From contig CM082594.2 of NCBI GenBank assembly GCA_040954595.2, positions 8,563,573 to 8,627,572 of the forward strand: a stretch of 64,000 bases of DNA, read 5' to 3'. A program made the position numbers and the translations under genes. Below, piece by piece: positions 1 to 11,900 of this stretch; positions within the stretch are counted from its first letter, which is position 1; the number at the start of each line of letters is the position of its first letter. This DNA comes from Balanoglossus misakiensis. Its lineage: Eukaryota; Animalia; Hemichordata. The notes under the pieces were generated by a model. That model did not search any database. It saw only the letters and a program-made list of their open reading frames with translations, and was not told the DNA's origin.

Positions 1-99
1 ACTGGATTAATAGATTGAAGCATTAAAGCATTGAAGGAAATTACTGGCAAATCCACAACCATGCTCTCTGTTGACAGAATGGACCATGAATAGACTTAC

Positions 100-2255
100 A
101 GCGTTGGGGGCAGTCCACTCCATAATGACTTCAAGCCCTCGTGTCTTGCAATTTTCACCAAGGCATCCTGCAAATGATCAAGACAAGTTAGAATATCAGA
201 CAGTCAGCATGGTACATGAAATCAGTTATTGCTGTGTTTAAATTGGAATAATTCCATCATATTGTCCCATTTAGCTTTTCTGAGCTCGTTTATTAACATG
301 GCAATCTTGATTCTGTGGCAGATTAAATTACAGATATACTAATGTAAAACTCACAAAAGTGCCGTTGAAGTGACCAGGTAATTTATACCATGGTTTGATG
401 TTTGTCTTTCCATTGATACATGTACAGAGATGATCCATCAGGCCATTGCAGTACACAAAACACTGACCTACAGAGAAAAGCAAAGAGTAACATTTTAATT
501 CAAACATGCACAGCATGGGATATCAATTAAGCCACACCATTTAATCAATATTGAAATTTCACGCTTAGTTTTCAGAAACAGCTGAATTTTAAGGTCAGAG
601 ATGTTACAGTTTTATTTAAAGTTCTTCAGTGTCAAGTTATATACCGGTAGGATAACAGGGTGACAGAGGTCAAAGTCTGGTCATTATTTCTGGCATGATA
701 TGACATCACCATATTTTCTTTATCACATGCAAGTGCAATATTCAGTCAGTTTGTCTATGAAAGTGTCACACAATATAATGTTCACCAAGGTGGAAGCCTA
801 GTTTTCTGAAGGCAGTTTGACACTGAACTTAGCAAAAGTGGAAGAAGAGAATTTGGATATGCTTACTACTGATATGTCTTGACACCACAGAACGAACTGT
901 AACATAAAGTATAACACAAAAATCAAGTCAGATAAAGCATGCCATAAAAATATTGTCAACATGGCTATTGTCCCTTTAGTTACTTGAAGTAACTAAAGGG
1001 ACAATAGCAGTGATTATTTAATATTGTTCACAGGTTTTGTTCTGTCTTTCCATTTTTTTTTTCACTTACTATGAAAAGACACTGAAATACCCATAATGCA
1101 TTAGTCAACACATCCTGTTTGTAAGAATAGCAAGCCTGACGATTGTCCTAATAGTGCATTTTAGCGTGCATGCTAATTTCTATTGTTCATAACTGTAGAT
1201 GTAACATGTATGTACGTGTATATGCTAATATAAGATTCAGATGTTGGAATAATTTTGTGGCTGACAGAAAAGAGTTTGTGCGGCTAGAACAGACCCATTT
1301 CGACGAAAAATGGAAAGTGAGAAAAATATGTACCTACCATTGAAAAGTGGCTTCGTTTGTGCCTGCAGACGAATTTTCACAACATCCATAGGGGTCACTG
1401 AAATTAACAAAACAATTAGTAACTATAAAAAGTGGGGTTTTTATTAGAAGAATGAAAAAAGCCAACAAATGAATATGCAACGTGAGTTCTTTTGTACGAT
1501 TTGGTTTCAGGCCATAACACGTTTTTTACAAAGTACTAGGAATAAGGTAACTGGCAATATAGAAAAAGAAGCTGACCCCATCCCAACTATTGTTGAGAAC
1601 AAATGTATTTTGTTATTTATCTAAAAACACTTCCTGAATTAATTTAAAGTACTTGATGATGCGCATCATATACCAGACATTCTGGTAAACTCCATTCTAT
1701 TGTAATTGTATTGTTTGGTAAGCTGTGTGACCCCCTCCCCTGCAAAGGTCTTGACTATATGTACTTAAGTTATATTTGGTCACATGTAGCGTGATCACAT
1801 CAAACACAACACATTGCAACACTGGAAATGTTTCACGTGTTTGGCGCCCCCAATACATGTGACACCACAATAAGGCCATTGCCCAGACCCGATCAATGTG
1901 TTAGTTGTTACGCAACAATCAGCTGAAACTAGCTCTCACAATCATGTGAAGGCTTGGTCCCTGGTCCGCCATAAACTATTTGTACAAAACAGGGTTACAC
2001 CAACTACAGAAACAACATTATTTTATCATAAAACAGTACCCTTGAATTCTTGTCCCAAAACTAGGTCTAGTACTATACATGTATATAGTTAGATAGATCG
2101 TGTCCAAAAACTAGGTCTGCACGTCCGGCTTCTCGAATATGATCACGCCACCTTCAGATCACATACTTACTGAAGACAGATGTCAATATTGCCCCTGTTC
2201 CCGACGCCATCATCTGTTGCCATGGCCTTATCCCATTCTCGACTGGCACTGCCAT
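100..2255 (-). CDS. SLC25A40: Mitochondrial carrier SLC25A39/SLC25A40 (glutathione importer), first four coding exons; gene continues off the left edge
   Basis: GT-AG exons 2171-2255, 1338-1397, 355-467, 100-167 splice in frame to [65 protein letters not shown]...[34 protein letters not shown]. Has the carrier signature PxDxxKxR and the Cys-rich loop typical of SLC25A39/40. Confidence 0.93.
964..1008. repeat. Perfect palindrome, 22-bp arms with 1-nt centre
   Basis: GCTATTGTCCCTTTAGTTACTT-G-AAGTAACTAAAGGGACAATAGC in SLC25A40 intron 2. Confidence 0.9.
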
Positions 2256-2968
2256 GATTTTGCCTGTGTTTGCGGCGATGGAAATTGGGCTGTGTACTTT
2301 CTCACCATAAGTTTAACCTTGGCCCAAGCTGCTGCTATACTGCACTGTCTGTCTCTGGACCCAGCGATTTCAGGCAGGCGTGTAGTTGACGAAGCAACAA
2401 GGATGAAACTAGTATAGTGTGCGTTGAAGCAAAATAGCTAAAAAGGCTGTACAATCCATCTTGCCGACGAAGCCCATGGCCAGGCCACGGTTAGCCGATA
2501 TCACCACCATCATCACGCGCCATGTTGACCGCTGTAGTGACGTCACCTGAACTGTAAAACGAAAGCACAGATTCGTGAACCGTATGAGGCGCTCTTAATT
2601 TGACCTTTTTACCTTTTGTAAGTATCGAGATAACTATAGATAGCTTTTCGTTCAACTACCTTCAAGAATGCGGCAAATATTTATCCATACAGATTTAAAT
2701 AGTATGATAATTGAATAATTTCGAAGAAAATATATTTTGAATGCGATATCCATAGGAAATTGTATGACTTGATGGTTTAACAATGTCGAATTTTGTTCTG
2801 TGTACCTACAAGTACTCAGTCACTTCCGGGTTTATTTACCAGCAGGGAGTGTGAAATTGACACTGAAAGACTCTTCGCACAGTACTTCTCACCGGTTTGT
2901 TTAAGGTCCCAGGACAGATCGGCTGTGTTACAATACATTGCTGGGTGGAATCAAAGATCAAGATATAC
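2256..2968. promoter_or_regulatory. Putative bidirectional promoter/5' UTRs of SLC25A40 and TRIM
   Basis: Divergent start codons about 0.7 kb apart; CpG-richer; full CRE TGACGTCA at 2538-2545; ETS-like CACTTCCGG at 2821-2829. Confidence 0.55.
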
Positions 2969-4066
2969 ATGGCAACGTCATCGCCATCTGCTCCGCCGCT
3001 GGAAGTTGACGCTGACGATTTCAACGAACGGTTTCTAACATGCACGATATGTTTGGAATCGTACCAGGAAGCCCCAAAACTGCTACCGTGTTTACATTCA
3101 TTTTGCCGAACTTGTTTGGAATCTCACGGCCGAAATCGCCGCGAGTTCAAGTGCCCCGTGTGTCGGAGAGACATCAAAATACCACAGCAGGGCATCGATG
3201 GTTTTCCTAATAATATTTTTGTCAGGGATTTGCAGGAATTTCTAGCGGCACAGCCAAGGCGAGCTGGAGTTTCGCCGACCACAAACCAGCCCGTACAAAT
3301 GGTCACCCAGAGGGAACGGAGGTACAATCCTGATGAACCGAAAATGAACAAACAGTTGAGCGGTAACATCTTCAAGCGGACGGCCATTAAAATACGGCTG
3401 AACTTCCGTTCGAAATACAAACGGTATTGTTCCTATCACGCCGAGAAAGAACTGAAACTTTATTGTGAGACTTGTCAACTGATTGTTTGTAAGAAATGTG
3501 TGAAAATCGAACACGCCGACGGTCATTCGATTTTGGATCTCAAAGCAGCTGCGATCAGTCGGGTACAGAAATTGGGGGTTCTGCTGAACGAGGCAAAGTC
3601 TCACATTGAACCGATGTATATAAGCGCACAAACCGTGGGCGAGGAGTTGCGGAAGCTTCGAGCCAGGAAAGAGGAACTACGAAACGATATCAATGATATC
3701 TTCAACGACATTGTGCAATCGATCGAGACACAGAGGAATGTATGTATGGCGAAATTGACAGAGGCCGTTCAGGGCAAAGAACACGCCTTGGCCACTCAAT
3801 ACCACGAACTTGATCTTGGCCACAGTACTGTTAAAAGTGGCTGCATGTTCGCCGATCAGACGATCCAAGACCTGAAGGATTCTGATTACGAAATCGTCGC
3901 TGCTAGTAACCAGTTGGTCGCCAGGTTGGAAGAACTGGTGTCTGTTCGTGGTCGCCACACTGCCGAACCCGTGGACAATGCATGTCTATCATTTCAGGTC
4001 AATGAAGAAGACATCGCAACACTTCGTCAACTCGTTTCCCAAATTGGTGAAATTTTAAGGAATTAG
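2969..4066 (+). CDS. Intronless tripartite-motif (TRIM) E3 ligase: RING, B-box2, coiled coil, no C-terminal domain (TRIM2/3/45/56-like)
   Basis: C3HC4 RING (CTICLESY..PKLLPCLHSFCRTCL..CPVCR), B-box (CSYH..ELKLYCETCQLIVCKKC..EH..H), long heptad region. First ATG of ORF 2897-4066 is at 2969 (365 aa). Confidence 0.88.
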   Translation: MATSSPSAPPLEVDADDFNERFLTCTICLESYQEAPKLLPCLHSFCRTCLESHGRNRREFKCPVCRRDIKIPQQGIDGFPNNIFVRDLQEFLAAQPRRAGVSPTTNQPVQMVTQRERRYNPDEPKMNKQLSGNIFKRTAIKIRLNFRSKYKRYCSYHAEKELKLYCETCQLIVCKKCVKIEHADGHSILDLKAAAISRVQKLGVLLNEAKSHIEPMYISAQTVGEELRKLRARKEELRNDINDIFNDIVQSIETQRNVCMAKLTEAVQGKEHALATQYHELDLGHSTVKSGCMFADQTIQDLKDSDYEIVAASNQLVARLEELVSVRGRHTAEPVDNACLSFQVNEEDIATLRQLVSQIGEILRN

Positions 4067-7000
4067 CAAATGAGAGCCTCAAAATACTTGTAGTACAGTT
4101 AGTAAAAGTCTGTATCACAACAATTTTACATTCATGGGAAATAGAACATGGCAATCAATTTACAGCTAAACAGTAATCACTTTCTTTGTTTTGATTTAGC
4201 CTTATGTGTGATGGGTTATGCTTTTTGAAAGATGGGAGTAAAATTTGATACATTGTTTCCATCTCACAAAAAGAGGATTATACTTACAAGTGAGGGGCAT
4301 ATCTGACTTCAAAATCACAAAAGATAACAATTGAAGTTGATGAGGAGATTGTCAAAATACAGAGACGCCATGTATACTGGTAATTTCAAAGTAGATTTGA
4401 AAATTGAATGAAGTATGCATTGATTGATTGGAAAGAAAAATGGATTATCCTGCAGTCACTCTTTGTGATGCTTCAACATAATTGAAGGAAGACATTGACA
4501 GACTGCCCCAGGGATAATCAGAGTATACATGTATTGGCAATTTGCATACAAATGGGAACCTCTGTGTATTGTTTCTTGTCATAAAGAATTTAGTCGGCCA
4601 TTACTTGAGATTTTTGCCATTGATGAGCTCTGTTTTACTATCTTCAAGATTGATACTCGATGTAAATATTGTGTGTATGACAGATTTTTCTTCTGAATAT
4701 TGTTATGGATGACTTGCCGATGATTGAAACGACATGCAAGATTGTCCATGTGCTCTCTTGCCCCTGAGGGTAAGTGTATCTGAAAGAGGATTTCCTTCTA
4801 GAATTCTCGGGTCACATGTCTGTGTCACATGACGGATGGTCCAGACATCTCATTCCTCTGGAGAACTACATTTTAAGTGACAGGTTTAAAATGTCTGACC
4901 TCTTGGCTCAGATATATCTGATTTACGTGGTAAATGATAGAAATGCGTGTTTTGTGTACTGTATTTTTCAGTGAACACTTTTTGCATTTACAGGCAAAAC
5001 AAGACAAATGTTTTGAATGTCTCAGACACACTGGTTAATATTTCAACTTAAGTCACCATCTGGTATGAACCGCACATCGGCTAACGCTGTTTGGAATTAA
5101 TGAAACAGGAAATCCCTTCCAGACACGAGAAACTCATAAAAATCGGTTCTACTTTCCAAAGTAATGTGATAAATTATCACAAGTGCACACAAATAAACTA
5201 GATATCCTGTAAAATGATTTGTTGTTGCCAAATGAGGCACTATTTTGCAGTACTAAGAGACTGTCACGTTTCTTTTATAATTTCATACTTATATCCTATG
5301 CATAAGATCCGCTTATATTGTGCAAATCATAAAAGTTGATAAATCGCTTTTAAGTAGTTTTTCTGTTTATGATGAGGAATATATATCAGAATCATTGCCA
5401 CAGAGTAATTTTATTGAAAGTGAACTGGAGTATTTTAATAGAGATGGAAATTATCTAAAGAAGTGGAGTCAAAAGTGGAATGTATTGTAGCTTAGTGTTT
5501 TAGCTAGAATTCATATTATAGGCATTTAATTTAATTTTGTTTAATTAAATCAATAAACATTTTTAACTGAAAGATCCACATTGGATACATTCTATTCTAA
5601 GCAATGCATCTTTTAATTTACTTTTTTGAGATTGTTTATTTTACATTCTACATGCTTTTTTAAATATGAAGTTTACAAACTACTCAATTTACTGTTTAAA
5701 AGTTTATATGTATATTGGTATGGCAATGTTTACTAACTGTGACAAATTTAGGTATTTCAGGAAAAATAATACTTAAAGCAAAAAGACAAGTGGATTATAG
5801 ATGGTTGTATGTTTTATATGTGAATTAATATACATGTACTGGTAAATACTAACTGGGGACATTTTTATTGTACATTTTGTAACCGTAATTGTACTGTATT
5901 TTGTGTAATATACAGCAGAGATCAGAAGTCAGTTTCCAGCTGGACCAACCCAAGGCCAGTATGTGTATAAATGTGAAACTGAAATTTTTACACATTGTGG
6001 TGTACAGAAAGGTGTATTTGTCATTGGGTATTTTACAGTAAATAACCATTTTGTGGTGTTATATATATTTTCAGGATATTGGAAAGATTTTAAACCATGT
6101 AGTAATTTCTAACCGGAAGTACCAACTCACAAAATTCGTCTTTGTGGAATTTAAATGTCATGCTTTGTACAAATGACTCAGAAAGAGGCTGCACAATCTG
6201 GGGAATTGGCAATTGTGATTGACTTCAGAAACTTATTGTACAATCATTATGATTGGCCGAAAAACAGCGACTTGAAAGTACAATCATTACAATTGGTTGT
6301 TGAGAACTTTCAGATGTCTTTCTCATTCACAGAAATTATCTGATATATAGGAGTTAAATTACCTCTTTTCTTCAGTAATTTTCTGAACTATGTATATATG
6401 TAATAACAGTTGTCCAATTTTCTGAATGTCGATTAAAACAGCTGTGATAATTTCCCACACAGTTATGATCTCATGACTTGATTTTATGGTGTTACTGCAT
6501 TTTTACATTCTTTACTTCAATAATTTCACTTCCCTCCGCAGCGAGAAGTCTGCCAGCAACCAAGCTTTTTTTAGCCGCTGTCAGCTCACAAGATATGATC
6601 GGTCAAACATGGTACTTCTGATAGAAAGCCATACCCATAGGAATTGCCACATTCAGAACAGAATGGTTTTCCCCACTGATGACGGTGCAGTCATTTGCGG
6701 TCATCCATTTTGAGCAGCAGATGGCAGATTACGTGACCTTAATTGCCTTGGTTTTTTATTCGTCGTCTTCTATGTGAGAGGCATTCTACTTTCACTATAT
6801 CTCTTTTTTGTTGTTACAAAAACAGTCGGCCACCACAGGATATTTAAATTCCAACTTTGAGGAAGATGGAAAATTAATTCTAGTCAGTGTTTCAACAAGG
6901 CAATCGTTTCATTTGATTTACGATATAATTAATTGCTTAAGTTCCACTCTATCAGACCAGAAAAATACCTGCAATTAGAACTACACAGTAATTTATAGAC

Positions 7001-7625
7001 AGTGATTACACAAATGTTGGTAAAGCTATTACGGGAAATAATCTCGGTTTCCAGTAAGAACAATCTTCAACATTACCTCGGTTTTTAAGCATATTTGTGG
7101 GACCATAAATTGCCATGGCAATACAAGAATACTGTTGTAAATCATGGTATTGAAGTTTACCAGGCATCAGTCCAATTAAAATTCTTGCAAGCCTGTAAGC
7201 TTTAGTTTACATTTTGGCCAGGGGTGACTTATAACTTACAGGTATTCCATGGTAAACCCAGTGACTGCTGATTTCATGCACCAATCAAGGTCATTCCGAA
7301 ATTCAGACAGGACTGCAAGATAAAACAGAAAAAGAAAATCGTACCAAAATGACAAAAATAGTTATTATGTATAATAATGAGAGATTTATTATCAATCAAA
7401 ATAAATCAATCAAAGAATTGGTGATGATAATCAAAACCAAACCTGGACTGACGATCCCAACACGGTAAAAAAGTGAGCTTACTGCTTTGCTTGTCTCTTC
7501 TACACAAGAATGAGAAAATTGACAAATTATTGCATGCAATTCTCCGGAAATTGAAGGAAGACAATTGAGCTTGGTCACCGAATCTGACACAATCACCAGC
7601 GTCTGCTGGCAATTTTTATTTGCTT

Positions 7626-7646
7626 TCTCTCTCTCTCTCTCTCTCT
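7626..7646. repeat. (CT)n microsatellite
   Basis: About 10 CT units. Confidence 0.85.
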
Positions 7647-8200
7647 AAAATTGCAACAAATATTGCTAAAATCAATTGTATACAGAAGAATATTCAATGC
7701 ATCCATAGCATTTTCTAATTTTGCTTGACGTATACACTTTGGATGTTTCAGGTAAAATGCTCACAACATCCGCAAATCAAGATAAATTTTAAGAATTTGA
7801 CAGCAATAGGTATACACAGCGTAACATATAATCAATTGTACTAGACATTTACACCCTCAAAACATTTTTTTCATAAACAGAAACCTTACTAACACTTATA
7901 AAACAGTCAATTGGAAATCTTACTGTCTTTAAATTCAATTATTAATACAGTTGGAGTAATTCCATAGCCATTGATATATCTTACATTGGTGGCAAAATCT
8001 ATACATATTGAATTTCAGAAAATAAAGTCAATAGTCACTCGGAAACTATTGGAACAAGACACACTATATTTTTAAGTATATATCTACACACTTTTCAATC
8101 TTGCATGACGACTAACAACACTCGTTTTTTGTAAATGGGAATCTCTTGTGCATTTTCTGGGTTGGCACGCTTTTCCACAGAATTCTTTGACAAATGCTAC

Positions 8201-8294
8201 TCAACTCTTTCGCCATCACACTTTGGTTTAATCCTACTGATTTCAACAGAATGGTTGGACCTATATACAGGGAAAATGGGGGTGACAGAGTTAA
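8201..8294. mobile_element. ~95-bp TTAA-flanked MITE-like repeat, copy 1
   Basis: TCAACTCTTT...GTTGGACCTATATACAGGGAAAATGGGGGTGACAGAGTTAA; homologous to 18751-18848 and 25294-25388. Confidence 0.6.
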
Positions 8295-8984
8295 AGCCAG
8301 CTGCAAGATCAGAGTCAGTGGTAGGTTAATAAAGTATTGGCTCTTTAAAAAGTTAATGCCCCATTGGAATAACTTTGACAGTGAATTTCATTAACATGTT
8401 TACATGCAAAACAGTTTGTTTCCTTGGTCAGGGATGTTGTAACTTGAGTTCAGTAGAAGGCAATAGGTCATTTTCATGACCCCTACATGACTTTACATCG
8501 TCGTACTTCTGTTGGTATGAATACGTCTGATGATTATGAAAGTGGCATATTAGTATCATGAAATACATGAAAATTAAAAGGGAATTAGTCATGAAAGTAG
8601 AATGTTTTGAAAGGGCAGAATCACTGGTACATGTAGTATTACATATCTGTTGTCGACTATACATACATATATACCACACAAAGAACTAGTCTGAAGGCAG
8701 AATGACTGATTCATTTTCCTTCAATATATATTCATAGAAATCAGACCCCCAAAACAGTAGTAATGCTACAATTACAATCTTGTCTATTGTTTCTTGTTTT
8801 ACTGCTGATTGAAAGACATGAATGGTAATAGCAATCTGTGTCATACTGGTCCAACTGAAGGAAATCATAGCACAGCCCCTCAAAAAACAAAGAGGCATAG
8901 TATCTGGGGTATAATAATTCCAAGAGGCACTGCAAGTCTGTTTCTTTCAACAGTTGATGATAAAGTCTGTGGGATGGGGTTTTC

Positions 8985-11900
8985 TTAGCAAACTGGCTGC
9001 TTGGATGGCGATCCGAGCGTTCCGTGTGAAGATCTGGCCACACTGGACGGAGATCCACGGGATGAGGTGCTGGATGAGGTCCTGGAGCGAGTCAAACTCA
9101 TGGAACTTATACACGGAACTAAAAAAAGATAAAAGAGATGATAATGGTTTTATGAGTACATGCTAACTCCTGCCCGAGACATGTTGTTTGGGTTGGCATT
9201 TTCTCTGTTCCTTTTGACTGGGCAAAGGAACAGACCAGGTATCCACAAGAGACAGGGGGAGGTGGGAGGGTAGAATGGGTTGTGTGGGAGGAACCTTTAA
9301 GCTCTGTTGGGGGGGGGGGGGGGGGGGGGAGGGAACATGCGTAACAACCAACCTACCCGAGAGAAATATTTAAATCCGTATTTGACTTTTCCTTTAAACA
9401 TAAATATTGACAGTGTCACTTTTGGGAAGGGTCAAAGCACTCTAATTTTCATTCATATGACAGCAAAGCACAAATTTATGTTTGGATTTTTTTGCATAGG
9501 ATATATATCAAGATTTACTTTACCGTTGCTGATACTCACATTGAGCTTTGCTGAAATGTGCACAAATAGAATAGAAGACGGGAAGGAAAATTGATTGAGT
9601 ATTCAGAAAAGAGAAATGTGAACACTGTCTAGCTTTATCTAAAGGGTTGAGTTTCATTAAGAACAGTCACCGTACAGCTTAAAGACATGGATCAAGTCCC
9701 TATTACCATTGGATGAATTCTGATATTATTAGTACACGCACAAGATGTGTTATTAAGTTATTACCCAGTTCATTATCTTTCACAATTGAAGTCCATTGAA
9801 AGGAAACAGATGTTATCATAAATTTGTCACTTTACGATATGAACATTGACACACAGTACATTGTGATGACTCTTTGACAAAGTGCAACTGATGCCATCTT
9901 CAAAGACAATCCATCCAAGTTTACAATGGACACATTTATTGCCTGGTAAATATACTCACTATATCCTATTCCTTGTAGAAACAATCTGAAGGCTTCACAG
10001 ACTTTGCCAGGTTGTTCTTCCAGGACCATTCCACCACAATCCGCAAGTGACAGCCAGTTTGAATTGGCTGGGTCCAAACGACCATTCATTTCCACCTGTA
10101 CGATTTAAGAAATTGAAGGAGTCATGTTTTTCACACATAATCTATCATCCAACCACACAGGTAAATGATAAACTGCTTCATGTCTGTTGACAGTCGTGAT
10201 TGGTTAGGCTTGGCCTTCTTCAACATCTGTAGCCAATGAACACAAGGAAGCCTTGAGGCTCATGGCAGTGCCAGATAAACACTTACGGTGTCTTGCACAT
10301 GAGGTGAATTGGCACCTGAGAGAAGCATCACTTGGCATTTCAACTGAGGTGTGGTTTTCTTCTTTTGTGGATCCATTTCTCTCCTGATGTCAAGAGCAGT
10401 GCGCCTGAAATCAAAATCACAGTCAATCATCATACATTGCATATTTGCTTGTTTGTGTGCTTATTCGTTTTCACATTTGTATGTCCACATAAGTTTACAT
10501 TGATGTTTGGAAGTGGCACCACTTACTTGATGTATGCCTCGATGAGACATGACAAGTTGTAAGGATTGATATTCTTCAACATGCTTTCCTTGTAGACGTG
10601 GACTAGGTCATGGTTCATATCCATTGTTTTCTGCAGATGAAAACAAATAGAAGTTCACACCATACATTGATGTCACTCAATTGAAGAGAATAGGGAAAAA
10701 TGAAGAAAAATTTCACCATTGAAAACATGTCACTCACCTTGCCAAAGTGATGCCACAACAGGTAGTCTTCGGAAAACTTTGTAATTTTGTTTCCTCTCAG
10801 ATAGAACGATGAAATCTGTAAAGCAAGATCAAGCGGTGACTAACAAGGTTCTTAAAATTTTTAAAACTCGACAATATCATTTATTAAATTGTGACACAAT
10901 GATATGTTTGTTTTGTAATGAGGGGAGATAAAACTCTCTCACCTTTTGGTATCCCCACTCCACCCATCCTGCTGTTGTTGAGATGCAGTTCACCAGAAAC
11001 AGAGAATCCACTTTCTCTGGGTGAGCTAACTGTGTGGAAAAGGATAAACAGATGTAAGCATTTCCTTGATTCAAAACCACCTTCATTCTATTACTCTAAC
11101 ATTGAAAACACTGGATTTGGACCAAACCATGGGTGAAAATTTCTCTGCTAAAAACGACAGCAATAATTTCACTTACGGCAAATCTGGAGAGGATATTAGC
11201 ACCAGCACCAACACCAAATCCCACAAAACTTTTAATCCTGCAAGAAAGACAATCACAGTTACAGTTACAATACTTCATAGCAAGATCCAAGACTTAACAT
11301 TTGGAGTTGAAAACACACAATGTAAAACCTAGAGGATATGTCTGGTTTTAACATAATGCTCTCTACCATCCCCAGCCATCCAATGACAGAATGTTCACCT
11401 GACTAGTGGTTGTACCAGTGCAACAGATCTAAGAAGATTAACTTACCCAAAATGCTGGATTACTGGTAACAATGCCTCAGCAAGCTGCTCCATCGATGGG
11501 TACACAAACCTATCATGTGATACAAATACTAAGGTTACAAATTTGACATGCTACAATCAGGGTATCCCAATATTTCACTTGTTTGTGTCAAGCTATAATT
11601 ATACTATTTGGAATGATAGACAAGACAGACATAGGGTCTATTGTATGCCCTTGGCACCTTCCCTGCCCCTTTAAGACGATCAACATCTCTGAAAGCAAGG
11701 TACGAGTACTCACGAATGTGGCAGAGTATTTGCTCCTTCCTCTTGCCCGGGTGCATTCACGTGGTACACACAGAAATGCTTCAAAATCGGCTGCATATCT
11801 ATGTACGTAAAGAATCCTTGAAACTGGCTGACGTCTGCAGATAGAACATCATATATTACAGTAGAATTAATGCCAAGATCTAAAACCCAATCATACGCTT

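Noticed and set aside
4067-8984. Hidden gene or ncRNA in the 4.9-kb TRIM-NDRG gap
   Set aside because: No coherent exons, snoRNA box pairs or SECIS recognised; AT-rich and consistent with convergent 3' UTR/intergenic DNA. An Rfam scan would be needed to exclude RNA genes.
9672-9700. Second possible small NDRG exon
   Set aside because: 29 nt, not frame-preserving, with a poor pyrimidine tract.
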